Shown here in pieces: positions 18,899 through 27,596 of a DNA stretch of 64,000 nt. This stretch comes from Chthoniobacterales bacterium (lineage in GTDB: Bacteria; Verrucomicrobiota; Verrucomicrobiia; Chthoniobacterales; UBA6821), in NCBI GenBank assembly GCA_044236545.1, contig JBIIGI010000001.1, positions 8,557 through 72,556 of the forward strand, written 5' to 3'. Position 1 is the stretch's first letter; each line of letters begins with the position of its first letter. The position numbers and the translations under genes were made by a program. A model generated the notes under the pieces. It was given only the letters and a program-made list of their open reading frames with translations. It had not been told where the DNA came from and made no database searches.

Positions 18899-20689
18899 CT
18901 ACGGCGCGGGCGCGGAAAGATCGTTGATCCGGCCTTGAAGGTCAAGGATCTCTTTCTGGACCGCCATAATGTTTTCGGGGGTCAGGCCCGGTTTTCTCAG
19001 TTCCAGTGCCATGGCGCTTTGTCTGTTTTTCAGCCCGTTGAGGCGCATCCCACGGAAGGCATCCTTCACGGCGGCCAAGGGATCGGGGGGCAGCTTTTCC
19101 AGTTCCCATCCACTCACCAGGGGTTGGAGTGTCTCTGGAAGGAGGGCTAGAATGACCGGCGGGGAGGGGTTCTCAAGATTCCTCAAGCGGGGGAGAAGCT
19201 CCTCAAGCAGGGAAAGTTCGGGGTCAAGGCCAGCAGGTGTGGGTGTGGTCTGGTTGGAGAGCCACTCCCGGACGTCCGGTGACATGATGGCCAGGCGGCA
19301 GATGAGCTGGGTGGATGCCGAGACTTTGACCGAACCCGTAGAGACAGGTCCCCCCACTGACCCATCCGCCTCCGGAAGGTTCACGGGATTTTTTTCAGCG
19401 GCCTCCTGCAGGGCCGCCACGGAGAGTCCCAATCGGGAGGAGACATGGGCGGTCGTCGTCTCCCTCAGCGCGGCCTCGGGCAGGAGTGCCAGATACCCTC
19501 CGAGCTTCCTTGCGAGGGAGGCCCGTGATCGTGGATTTAGGGTGCCCTCCGACTCCTCCAAGGCGATTTCTATAGTGTGATCAAAGAAATCACGGGCTTC
19601 CCCAAGCCGTTCCCGGAATGCTCCGATACCTTTTCCGCGAATCAGCGAATCGGGATCCTCGCCGGAGGGTAGGCGCGCCACCCTGACCTCGATTCCGGAT
19701 GAGAGAAGTGCCGGAAGGGATCGCTCCACTGCGTTTTGTCCAGCCGTGTCGGAGTCAAAGCAAAGAATGACCTGCTCCACAAAGCGCCGGAGCAGGCGCG
19801 CCTGCTCCGTTGTGAAGGCGGTTCCCTGGGGGGCCACCACATGGGTGATCCCATGTTCAAAGGCGGAGATCAGATCGATCTGTCCTTCAAGAACCACGGC
19901 CTTGCCTGCTTCAATCAGGGGGCGCTTGCTTTTGTCGAGACCGAAGAGGACGCGCCCCTTGGAGAAGATGGGTGTCTCGGGCGAGTTCACGTATTTCGCC
20001 TCTTTCTGCGTGTCGTTGAGGATCCGTCCGCTGAAGGCGACCACCTCGCCGTAGTCGTTGCGGACAGGGAACATCAGTCGGTCGCGGAAGCGGTCGTAGC
20101 CTCCCCGCTGATCTCCCTCCCGAGCCGTGAGAAGGCCGCTGGCGAGGAGTTCCTCACGGGAGAATCCCTTTTCCAGCGCCCAGTCACGGAATGTCTCCCA
20201 TCCAGCAGGGGCATAGCCGATCTGCCAGCCCACCGCGATCTCCTTTGTGAGGCCGCGGTTTTTCAGATAGGTGCGTGCATGTTCGGCTTCCCGGGTGCGG
20301 AGGAGGTTGAGGTGAAACCATGCAGAGGCCTCCCTGTGGAGTTCCAGCAGACGGCTCCGCTGGTCACGTCGCTCCTGTTCCCGCGGGTCGTTGTCCTCCA
20401 CTAGGACGATCCCGGCGCGCTGGGCCAGTTTTCGGACGGCCGAGAGGAAATCGAGATGCTCATAATCCATCACAAAACGGAAGACTCCGCCGCCCACCCC
20501 GCATCCGAAGCAGTGGAATGACTGACGCGAGGGATTCACATGGAAGGAGGGACTCTTCTCCTTGTGGAAGGGGCAGATCGCCCGAAAACTCGTCCCTGCC
20601 CGCTTCAGGGGAAAGTAGCCGCCGATGATCTCCACGATGTCGCTGGCGTCGGCAACCTTTTGGATACTCTCTTCGGCGATGCGCGGCAT
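18899..20689 (-). CDS. dnaG: DNA primase
   Basis: Track ORF 18899-20797; ATG 20689 chosen ([12 protein letters not shown]). Zinc-ribbon [29 protein letters not shown] and a TOPRIM region ([11 protein letters not shown]). 20 nt upstream of rpoD. Confidence 0.9.
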   Translation of the reverse strand: MPRIAEESIQKVADASDIVEIIGGYFPLKRAGTSFRAICPFHKEKSPSFHVNPSRQSFHCFGCGVGGGVFRFVMDYEHLDFLSAVRKLAQRAGIVLVEDNDPREQERRDQRSRLLELHREASAWFHLNLLRTREAEHARTYLKNRGLTKEIAVGWQIGYAPAGWETFRDWALEKGFSREELLASGLLTAREGDQRGGYDRFRDRLMFPVRNDYGEVVAFSGRILNDTQKEAKYVNSPETPIFSKGRVLFGLDKSKRPLIEAGKAVVLEGQIDLISAFEHGITHVVAPQGTAFTTEQARLLRRFVEQVILCFDSDTAGQNAVERSLPALLSSGIEVRVARLPSGEDPDSLIRGKGIGAFRERLGEARDFFDHTIEIALEESEGTLNPRSRASLARKLGGYLALLPEAALRETTTAHVSSRLGLSVAALQEAAEKNPVNLPEADGSVGGPVSTGSVKVSASTQLICRLAIMSPDVREWLSNQTTPTPAGLDPELSLLEELLPRLRNLENPSPPVILALLPETLQPLVSGWELEKLPPDPLAAVKDAFRGMRLNGLKNRQSAMALELRKPGLTPENIMAVQKEILDLQGRINDLSAPAP

Positions 20690-20742
20690 GTCTGGGAAAG
20701 TAAAAGGGAAATGGTGAAAGGTAAAAGGTTTTGGGTCTTCCC

Positions 20743-21495
20743 TCACACCAGGATCAACCGGGCCGCTGAGGCAATGGCCATGATGATGAGCAGCCAATCA
20801 AAGGGGGCTTGAGGAACCTTCCCCAGAAGTTTTTTTCCCACCAGGAATCCGGCGACAACGGCGGGAAGCAGCGCGAGATCAAGCAGGAGTGAGGAGCCAG
20901 AGATGAGCCCCAGGTTAAGGCTCGGGGGGATCTTGGCTAGATTGGTCACAAAAAAGAACCATGCGCAGGTGCCGACAAAAGCCATCTTGTCGAATTTCCT
21001 GGCCAGCAGGTAAAAAGTCATCGCAGGTCCCCCGGCATTTGCCATCATGGTGGAAACCCCGGCGGCAAAGCCGGAGAAGGCTGTGAGAACAGGATGATGC
21101 ATGATTGCTTCAAGGATCCTGCGGTCAAAACGCTGCCAAACGACCAGGATCATCATCGCCAGGATCATCCATCCCAGGAAGGAGCCGAAGCGTGAATCCG
21201 GGATTCTCCCCATCAGCATCCAACCCGTGACAATGCCCATCAATGTTGTGGGAAAAAGTTTTCTGAACTCTTTCCAGTCGACATGACGATGAAATCCCCT
21301 CACCGCCATCAGGTCGGCCGAGATCAGCAGTGGAAGCACGACTCCGGTGGATTCCTTGGGAGGCAGGATCATGGCCATCAGCAGCACGGTGATTAGGCCA
21401 AAACCGCCGAATCCTGCCTTTGCCAAGCCGATGCAAATGGCTGCCAAGACCGCTAGGGCCCATGCGGAGGCGGGCAGTTCGGGAAGATTGGGCAC
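20743..21495 (-). CDS. TauE/SafE family sulfite/anion exporter-like membrane protein
   Basis: About 8 TM helices. N-terminal LAVLAAICIGLAKAGFGGFG pattern typical of TauE/SafE (DUF81). Confidence 0.75.
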   Translation of the reverse strand: MPNLPELPASAWALAVLAAICIGLAKAGFGGFGLITVLLMAMILPPKESTGVVLPLLISADLMAVRGFHRHVDWKEFRKLFPTTLMGIVTGWMLMGRIPDSRFGSFLGWMILAMMILVVWQRFDRRILEAIMHHPVLTAFSGFAAGVSTMMANAGGPAMTFYLLARKFDKMAFVGTCAWFFFVTNLAKIPPSLNLGLISGSSLLLDLALLPAVVAGFLVGKKLLGKVPQAPFDWLLIIMAIASAARLILV

Positions 21496-21526
21496 GAAGC
21501 GGAACGGAGATAGATCCTGATCCTGC

Positions 21527-22213
21527 TCAGTTCGTCTGATGGAGCGCCTTTTCCAACACCTCGAGTTGCATCTCGATCAAACTTGGTGAACCGGCCATCT
21601 CCTGATCCACCTGATGGACGAGTGCCTGCACGCTCTCGATCACCTGAGCGCCGGCCTTCGAGCGCATCAGTCCGGCGATCCTGCTTCCCGGTTCCACGAG
21701 GTTGGTGTAGCGCAGAAGGGATTTTTCACCATGTTCTCCGTGGGGCTCGATACGCAGGTTTCCGCTGCAGGACTTGGTGTAGCGTGATTCGAGAACCTTC
21801 CAGCGGATCTCGTAGGTTTCCGGAGAGGGGCGACTCAGTTCATTGCGCGAGACATAGACCTCATCAGGGAGGAACAACGGCATCTTCAGCGTATATTGAG
21901 CCTCGTGGATCCAGGGTCGGGGTCTGGAGACAATGGAGACCGAGAGACAGTTCGGCACATACTTTGGATCGAGTTCGGAATCCCAGAAGACCGCCGCCAC
22001 CTTGGACGCGGGAGCATTGACCAGATGGTAAATGATGAACCTCGGCCAGGGAAGGTCCGGAGCAATCTCCTCGATCACGAGGGGCTTGCCGGCGGCAAGT
22101 TGCGCATGCTGCCGCGATGACAAGGCATTCCAAATGGTTCCTGCCTCGGCGGCATCCAGGGATGCCCTTGTTCCAAGGATCACCAGAAGGGCTATGATGA
22201 GGAGACGTGCCAT
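21527..22213 (-). CDS. secreted hypothetical protein, possibly SRPBCC/START-like fold
   Basis: Signal peptide MARLLIIALLVILGTRASLDA. The alternating beta/helix pattern resembles polyketide-cyclase/SRPBCC proteins, but this is a by-eye judgement only. Confidence 0.4.
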   Translation of the reverse strand: MARLLIIALLVILGTRASLDAAEAGTIWNALSSRQHAQLAAGKPLVIEEIAPDLPWPRFIIYHLVNAPASKVAAVFWDSELDPKYVPNCLSVSIVSRPRPWIHEAQYTLKMPLFLPDEVYVSRNELSRPSPETYEIRWKVLESRYTKSCSGNLRIEPHGEHGEKSLLRYTNLVEPGSRIAGLMRSKAGAQVIESVQALVHQVDQEMAGSPSLIEMQLEVLEKALHQTN

Positions 22214-22317
22214 GAAGCCTTTCTATCCCCTGTTTAACGCCGGGTCAAACGCGCCTTCCTGACTGCGGGATTTCCTTGCGGCATGCATTGGGTGGAATTA
22301 TTTTGTTTCTCGCACTG

Positions 22318-22393
22318 GGGGGTATAGCTCAGTTGGTAGAGCGTCTCGTTCGCAATGAGAAGGTCTGGGGTTCGACTCCCCATACCTCCACCA
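22318..22393 (+). tRNA. tRNA-Ala (anticodon CGC), CCA encoded
   Basis: Acceptor GGGGGTA/TACCTCC with the G3:U70 alanine identity pair. Anticodon arm TCTCG-TTCGCAA-TGAGA. T arm TGGGG-TTCGACT-CCCCA. 3' ACCA. Confidence 0.9.
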
Positions 22394-22422
22394 GATCCCG
22401 GGAGGCATGGGGGGGTTTGCTC

Positions 22423-22866
22423 CTAATTGCCACCCCGAGCAGCCCTGACGGCATCTTTCTCCCGCTTGTGGGCCTCGCGCGTCATGATGACCAACTTGTG
22501 GCGCATGGTGTCGTAGATCGCGAAGGATCTGTTGTCAGCGGAGTTCCAGACCCCGTTGATCGAGAACCTGCCTACCGGATTCCAGTGAGTGCCCCCTCCC
22601 TCGTCGCGTAACAGGATCCCGATCCTCTCCTCGCCGAGATCTTCCGGAAATCCCAGCGATTCCTTGGTCGAGAAGAGACTGATGACATCGCATCGTCCCT
22701 TGTCAAAATGAGCGATGCAGCAGAGGTCTCCCTTACGGAAGCAGAGAAGACCGCTCTCCTTCAATGCGTCGCGTTCCGGCTTTCCATATCGGGCGATGCA
22801 TTCATCACGGGTAGCCCCGAGTTGCGCGTGAAGCGCAGGACCGGAGATTGCCAGGAACAGGCACAT
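22423..22866 (-). CDS. hypothetical secreted protein
   Basis: Track ORF 22423-22971. ATG 22866 gives the signal peptide MCLFLAISGPALHAQ and removes the overlap with ppnP. No domain recognised. Confidence 0.4.
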   Translation of the reverse strand: MCLFLAISGPALHAQLGATRDECIARYGKPERDALKESGLLCFRKGDLCCIAHFDKGRCDVISLFSTKESLGFPEDLGEERIGILLRDEGGGTHWNPVGRFSINGVWNSADNRSFAIYDTMRHKLVIMTREAHKREKDAVRAARGGN

Positions 22867-22957
22867 GAGGAAACGGGTGGTCACGCCGGGAAGAATTGGC
22901 ACGGCATGGCTCTCTTTGCACTTGCAAATCCCGTGCCTGGAAACGATGAGGCAGTGC

Positions 22958-23275
22958 ATGGAATTCCACAACGCAACCGTTCACGCCAAGGCCAATGTCT
23001 ATTTTGAGGGCCGGGTCATCTCCCACACCGTCATCACAGGGGAGGGCGAGCACAAGACCGTCGGGGTGATTCTTCCCGGCAGCTATCACTTCGGTACGGC
23101 CAAGGCCGAGAGAATGGAGATCGTCGAGGGGCGTTGCTCCGTCGTGCTCGACGGATCGGATAAGAGCATCGGGTATGCCGGCGGGGAGGCTTTTGAAGTG
23201 CCGGCCAACGCAGGTTTCAACATTACGGTGGAGGGGGACACCTGTCACTACATCTGCTCGTTCCTGGGTGCCTGA
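22958..23275 (+). CDS. ppnP: pyrimidine/purine nucleoside phosphorylase PpnP (DUF1255/YaiE family)
   Basis: 105-aa product. ANVYFEGRVISHTV...GVILPGSYHFGTAKAERMEIVEG...FEVPANAGF is typical of the family. ATG 22958 lies within track ORF 22865-23275. Confidence 0.8.
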   Translation: MEFHNATVHAKANVYFEGRVISHTVITGEGEHKTVGVILPGSYHFGTAKAERMEIVEGRCSVVLDGSDKSIGYAGGEAFEVPANAGFNITVEGDTCHYICSFLGA

Positions 23276-23387
23276 GGCACCGGGTTTAGGGAATGGACAT
23301 TGGCTGGATAGGGAATATCACAGAGCCCCAAGGCGCGATAGCCCGATAACCCCATAGCCGATCTCCAATTCCCCATTACCGATTTTT

Positions 23388-24005
23388 TTGATGACAAAAA
23401 AATTCGATTCAACCCGCTACGACCGGGCCTATTTCGACCGGTGGTATCGTGATCCAAAGACCCGTGTGAAATCGTGTGCCGCGATCCGCAGGAAGGCGGC
23501 ACTCGCGCTCTCGGTCGCCGAGTATTATCTGGAGCGTCCGGTCCGCACGGTCCTGGATGCCGGTTGCGGTGAGGGGAACTGGCTTCCTGCCCTGAAGTCA
23601 CTTCGTCCCACCATTCGCTACACCGGGGTCGATGCCAGCAGTTACGCCGTCGAAAGATTCGGGAAGAAGAGGAATATCCGTCTCGGTACCTTCGCCACGT
23701 TGGAGGAAATCGGCCTTGCTGATGATTACGACCTCATCGTCTGCAGCGACACCCTCTTTTACCTGCCGCTGGAGGAGTTGAAACTCGGTCTTCGGTCCCT
23801 TGCACATCGCGCCGCCGGCGTCGCGTTTCTGGAGCTCTATACGGGATCGGATTCGGTGATCGGCGATTTTCCCGCCAAGGGGCTGAAGACAGAGGCGTTC
23901 TACCGCGAACTGCTCCGGCGTCACGGATTTCTTTCCGTCGGCTCTCACTGCTATCTTGGGCCTGAGATGTCCACTCGTGCGATGGAGATGGAACGGAGTC
24001 GATGA
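23388..24005 (+). CDS. class I SAM-dependent methyltransferase
   Basis: Motif I VLDAGCGEGNW and post-I/II pattern (YDLIVCSDTLFYL). Confidence 0.75.
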   Translation: MMTKKFDSTRYDRAYFDRWYRDPKTRVKSCAAIRRKAALALSVAEYYLERPVRTVLDAGCGEGNWLPALKSLRPTIRYTGVDASSYAVERFGKKRNIRLGTFATLEEIGLADDYDLIVCSDTLFYLPLEELKLGLRSLAHRAAGVAFLELYTGSDSVIGDFPAKGLKTEAFYRELLRRHGFLSVGSHCYLGPEMSTRAMEMERSR

Positions 24006-24110
24006 AATTTCACCTCCGGGGATTCTTTTTCGCCGGAAAGGGTCTTTTGCTCTTTTTTTCTGCCGTTAAGCCAATACTTTTCTGACTCCACTTTTTCCCA
24101 TTCCTAACCC

Positions 24111-26075
24111 ATGACCCAATCCGTCACCTCACAGACCTCGGCGCTCTACAATGTGGAGGGATGGTCGGAAGGCTACGTGACGGTCAACGCCGCCGGTCAT
24201 GCCGTGATGAGACCACGACGCAAGGAGGGTGAGGAGATCGACCTGATGGAGTTGGTGGATGAGGCCAAGGTGAGGGGGTTGCGTTTTCCGCTTCTGGTGC
24301 GCTGTCACGACCTGCTGCGGGACCGTGTCCGCCGGCTCAACGAATCCTTTGCCCGGGCGATCTCGGAATGCGGATATAAGAACGACTACCGCGGCGTCTT
24401 CCCGATCAAGGTGAACCAACTCTGCGAGGTCGTGGAGGAGATCGTCGATGCGGGGATTCCTTACCACTTCGGCATCGAGGCGGGGAGCAAACCGGAGATG
24501 ATCGCCGCCCTCGCCGTCCATTCCGATCCTGAGAGCCTTGTTGTCGGCAACGGCTACAAGGATGACGAATTCATCCGTGCCGCCCTGCTGGGGTTGAAGC
24601 TCGGCAAGAAGGTGATCCTCGTTGTCGAGAAGTTGGAGGAGTTCCACCAGATCCTGGCCGTTGCAAGGCAGGTCGGGGTCAAGCCGATGATCGGCGCCCG
24701 TGTCCGCCTGCTCTCCAAGGGTGCAGGCAAGTGGGCCACCAGCGGCGGCGAGAACGCAAAGTTCGGCCTCTCCACTGCCGATCTTGTCTCGATGAGCGAC
24801 ACGCTTCATGCCGAAGGGATCCCCGAGGCACTGGTCCTGCTCCACTACCATGTCGGATCCCAGGTGCCTGATATCCAGACGATCAGCCGCGCCACGCGCG
24901 AGGCCGCACGCTTCTATGCGAAGCTTCGCAAGATGGGCCATGCCCTGGGTTACCTCGACGTGGGCGGTGGTCTCGGCGTCGACTACGACGGATCGCGAAC
25001 GAGCTTCGACAGTTCACGCAACTACTCTCTGCACGAGTATACCCGCGACATCGTTTACAACATCATGGAGATCTGCGACTCCGAACAGGTCGATCATCCG
25101 GTGATCGTGAGTGAGAGCGGTCGCTTCATTGTGGCCCCCCACTCGGTGCTTGTTGTCGAAGCTTTCGGGTCGATCGAGAAGGAGGGCCAGGCCGATGAGG
25201 TTGCCGCCTCGCCCGGTGATCCGAAGCTCGTCTCCGACATGCTGGAGATCCGCGCGGGGTTGAGCGAGAAGCGCCGTCTGGAGAACCTTCATGACGCCCA
25301 GCAGATCCGCGATCAGGCGCAGTCGATGTTCGACCTGGGCCTGCTTGATCTGCGTGCAAAGGCCAAGATCGACACGCTCTACTGGCACATCGCCGCCCGC
25401 ATGGTCCAGATGCACCGCGGAATGGCGCAGGTTCCCGAGGAGGTGCGCGAACTTGAGGTTGCACTTGCCGACCAGTTGCTGTGCAACTTCTCCGTCTTCC
25501 AATCTCTGCTCGACCACTGGGCCCTCGGCCAGCTCTTCCCGGTGATGCCGATTCACCGACTCGACGAAGTTCCCGATCGGAGCGGCACGCTTGTCGATAT
25601 CACCTGTGACTCCGACGGGAAGATGGCGAAATTCATCGACTTTCAGGATGTGAAAGAGACCCTGCCCGTCCACCGTGTCCGTCAGGGAGAGCCCTACTAC
25701 CTCGGAATCTTCCTCTCCGGTGCCTATCAGGACATCATGGGGGATCTCCACAACCTCTTCGGCCGCGTGAACGAGATGCATGTCTTCCTCGATGAGGATG
25801 AGGAGGCCGGCTACTACATCGAGGAGGTGCTTCCCGGGAACACCATCGACCAGGTCCTGACCCTGACCCAGTGGGACACGAAGGAACTTGCGCGCCGCAT
25901 TAAGTCCCAGGCCGACGCCGCGCTCAAGGGTGACCGCCTCAAGCCGAGCGAGGCGATGCGGCTCGTCGATGAATTCGAAAAGATGTTCCAGTCCTACACC
26001 TACCTTGATTTCAACGCCCGCCGTCCGAACGGGGCAGTCACAGTCCCCACCAAGCACCCTTCCAATAAGTCATGA
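24111..26075 (+). CDS. speA: biosynthetic arginine decarboxylase
   Basis: 654 aa. N-terminus YNVEGWSEGYVTVNAAGH. PLP-lysine context FPIKVNQ. Also GGGLGVDYDGS and a C-terminal SpeA-type helical extension. Confidence 0.9.
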   Translation: MTQSVTSQTSALYNVEGWSEGYVTVNAAGHAVMRPRRKEGEEIDLMELVDEAKVRGLRFPLLVRCHDLLRDRVRRLNESFARAISECGYKNDYRGVFPIKVNQLCEVVEEIVDAGIPYHFGIEAGSKPEMIAALAVHSDPESLVVGNGYKDDEFIRAALLGLKLGKKVILVVEKLEEFHQILAVARQVGVKPMIGARVRLLSKGAGKWATSGGENAKFGLSTADLVSMSDTLHAEGIPEALVLLHYHVGSQVPDIQTISRATREAARFYAKLRKMGHALGYLDVGGGLGVDYDGSRTSFDSSRNYSLHEYTRDIVYNIMEICDSEQVDHPVIVSESGRFIVAPHSVLVVEAFGSIEKEGQADEVAASPGDPKLVSDMLEIRAGLSEKRRLENLHDAQQIRDQAQSMFDLGLLDLRAKAKIDTLYWHIAARMVQMHRGMAQVPEEVRELEVALADQLLCNFSVFQSLLDHWALGQLFPVMPIHRLDEVPDRSGTLVDITCDSDGKMAKFIDFQDVKETLPVHRVRQGEPYYLGIFLSGAYQDIMGDLHNLFGRVNEMHVFLDEDEEAGYYIEEVLPGNTIDQVLTLTQWDTKELARRIKSQADAALKGDRLKPSEAMRLVDEFEKMFQSYTYLDFNARRPNGAVTVPTKHPSNKS

Positions 26076-27181
26076 GCGATCCGGCATCCCTGAAACACAC
26101 TCCGCTGGAATCCGCCCATGTGGCCTGCGGTGCACGCATGGTCGAGTTCGGCGGCTGGTTCATGCCGGTCCAGTATTCCGGCATCATGGACGAGCACAAG
26201 GCCGTGCGCTCCGCCTCTGGAATGTTCGACATCTCCCACATGGGTGAGGTGACCGTGGAGGGTCCGGGTGTCGTTGCCTGGCTCGAGAGCCTGCTCACCA
26301 ACCGCGTGGGAAAGCTCGGCCTCACGCGCGGCCAATACACCCTGATGCTCGATGCGAAGGGGGGCGTGATCGACGACCTGATCATCTATCGCAATGGAGA
26401 GATGTCCTATTTTCTGGTTATCAATGGTGCCTGTCGTGATCTCGATTTGGAGTGGATGCGCTCCCGTCTCCCCGCCGACGGCTCGGTGGTGCTGAAGGAT
26501 CAGGGGGATGATTATGCGGCGATCGCGCTTCAGGGGCCCGATTCCGAAAAGATCCTCAGGTCACTCTATCCTGCCTGCGAGGTGCCTAAGCGCAACGGGA
26601 TCGCCCCCCTGACCTCATCGACCGCAGCTGTTTCCCCGCTGGTTGCCCGCACGGGATACACAGGTGAGGATGGCTTCGAGCTTTTTGTCCCCGTGGCTGA
26701 TGGCATTGCCCTCTGGGAGAGTCTGCTGGCCGCCGGTGTGAAGCCATGCGGGCTCGGTTCCCGCGACACCCTCAGGCTCGAGATGGGGTATCCGCTCAAC
26801 GGCTCCGACCTCTCGCGTGACCGCACGCCACTGGAAGCCGGCCTTGATAAGTTCACCGGCATCGATGATCCCGAGAAAGGTGACTTCTCAGGTCGTAAGG
26901 CCTTGGAGAGCCAGCGCGCGGTGGGACTTCCCTCACGGCTGACACCGCTGAAGATGACCGTCTCCGGCCCCCCGATGCGCTCCCATTATGCGGTGTTCGC
27001 GGGTGATTCGCAGATCGGCGAGACCTGCAGCGGGGCCCTCTCCCCAAGCCTGGGTGAGGGGATCGCGATGGCCTACCTGCCACCTTCGTATAGGGTTCCC
27101 GGAACGGCCGTGGAAATTGAGGTGCGTGGCCGCCGTTACGCCGCTACGATCACGACTCTTCCGTTTTACAAGAAACCCTGA
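26072..27181 (+). CDS. gcvT: glycine cleavage system aminomethyltransferase (T protein)
   Basis: TPL...H...GA+MV.F.GW.MPVQY, SHMGEV and GYTGEDGFE motifs. The ATG overlaps the speA stop (ATGA). Confidence 0.9.
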   Translation: MSDPASLKHTPLESAHVACGARMVEFGGWFMPVQYSGIMDEHKAVRSASGMFDISHMGEVTVEGPGVVAWLESLLTNRVGKLGLTRGQYTLMLDAKGGVIDDLIIYRNGEMSYFLVINGACRDLDLEWMRSRLPADGSVVLKDQGDDYAAIALQGPDSEKILRSLYPACEVPKRNGIAPLTSSTAAVSPLVARTGYTGEDGFELFVPVADGIALWESLLAAGVKPCGLGSRDTLRLEMGYPLNGSDLSRDRTPLEAGLDKFTGIDDPEKGDFSGRKALESQRAVGLPSRLTPLKMTVSGPPMRSHYAVFAGDSQIGETCSGALSPSLGEGIAMAYLPPSYRVPGTAVEIEVRGRRYAATITTLPFYKKP

Positions 27182-27218
27182 ATCCACCCTTCCCAACCGA
27201 CCCAACCCGACCATTGCC

Positions 27219-27596
27219 ATGAACGTTCCCGCCGATCTCCGCTACGCAAAGACCCACGAATGGATCCGGGTCGAAGGTGACACCGTGACCGTCGGGATCA
27301 CCGACCATGCCCAGGCCGAGCTCACCGACATCGTCTATGCCGAGCCCCCGAAGGTTGGTGCCGAGGTGAAGGCCGGAGCCACCGCCGCGGTTGTCGAGTC
27401 GGTCAAGGCCGCCAGTGACATCTACTCTCCCCTCAGCGGAACGGTGACCGAGGTGAATGCCGAACTTTCCGCCAATCCCGCCCTGCTCAACACCGATCCC
27501 TTCGGTCAGGGATGGATCTACAGGATGAAGGCCTCCAGTCCCGCCGAAGCGGAGGCGCTTCTCACTCCCGAAGCCTACACCGCCCAGATCTCCTGA
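27219..27596 (+). CDS. gcvH: glycine cleavage system H protein
   Basis: ATG 27219 lies within track ORF 26988-27596. [15 protein letters not shown]..., lipoyl-lysine context VESVKAASD. Confidence 0.9.
   Translation: MNVPADLRYAKTHEWIRVEGDTVTVGITDHAQAELTDIVYAEPPKVGAEVKAGATAAVVESVKAASDIYSPLSGTVTEVNAELSANPALLNTDPFGQGWIYRMKASSPAEAEALLTPEAYTAQIS

Noticed and set aside
22276-22304. Sigma-70-like promoter for tRNA-Ala (TTGCGG, 17-nt spacer, TATTTT)
   Set aside because: The spacing is plausible but both hexamers are weak matches and I have no independent support, so it is not reported as a feature.
22276-22611. 111-aa ORF covering tRNA-Ala, and the 177-aa ORF 11113-11646 covering tRNA-Leu
   Set aside because: They overlap well-formed tRNA cloverleaves and have no protein-like features.
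25014-26057. Long antisense ORFs within speA (24129-24941, 25014-26057), gcvP (27575-28702, 29570-30220), leuC (58240-59133, 58296-58940) and icd (59323-60801)
   Set aside because: Same reasoning: each is coextensive with a strongly supported gene, has no motifs and shows typical high-GC shadow composition.
26000-26075. Glycine riboswitch upstream of gcvT
   Set aside because: gcvT starts inside the speA stop codon, so there is no leader in which a riboswitch could reside.
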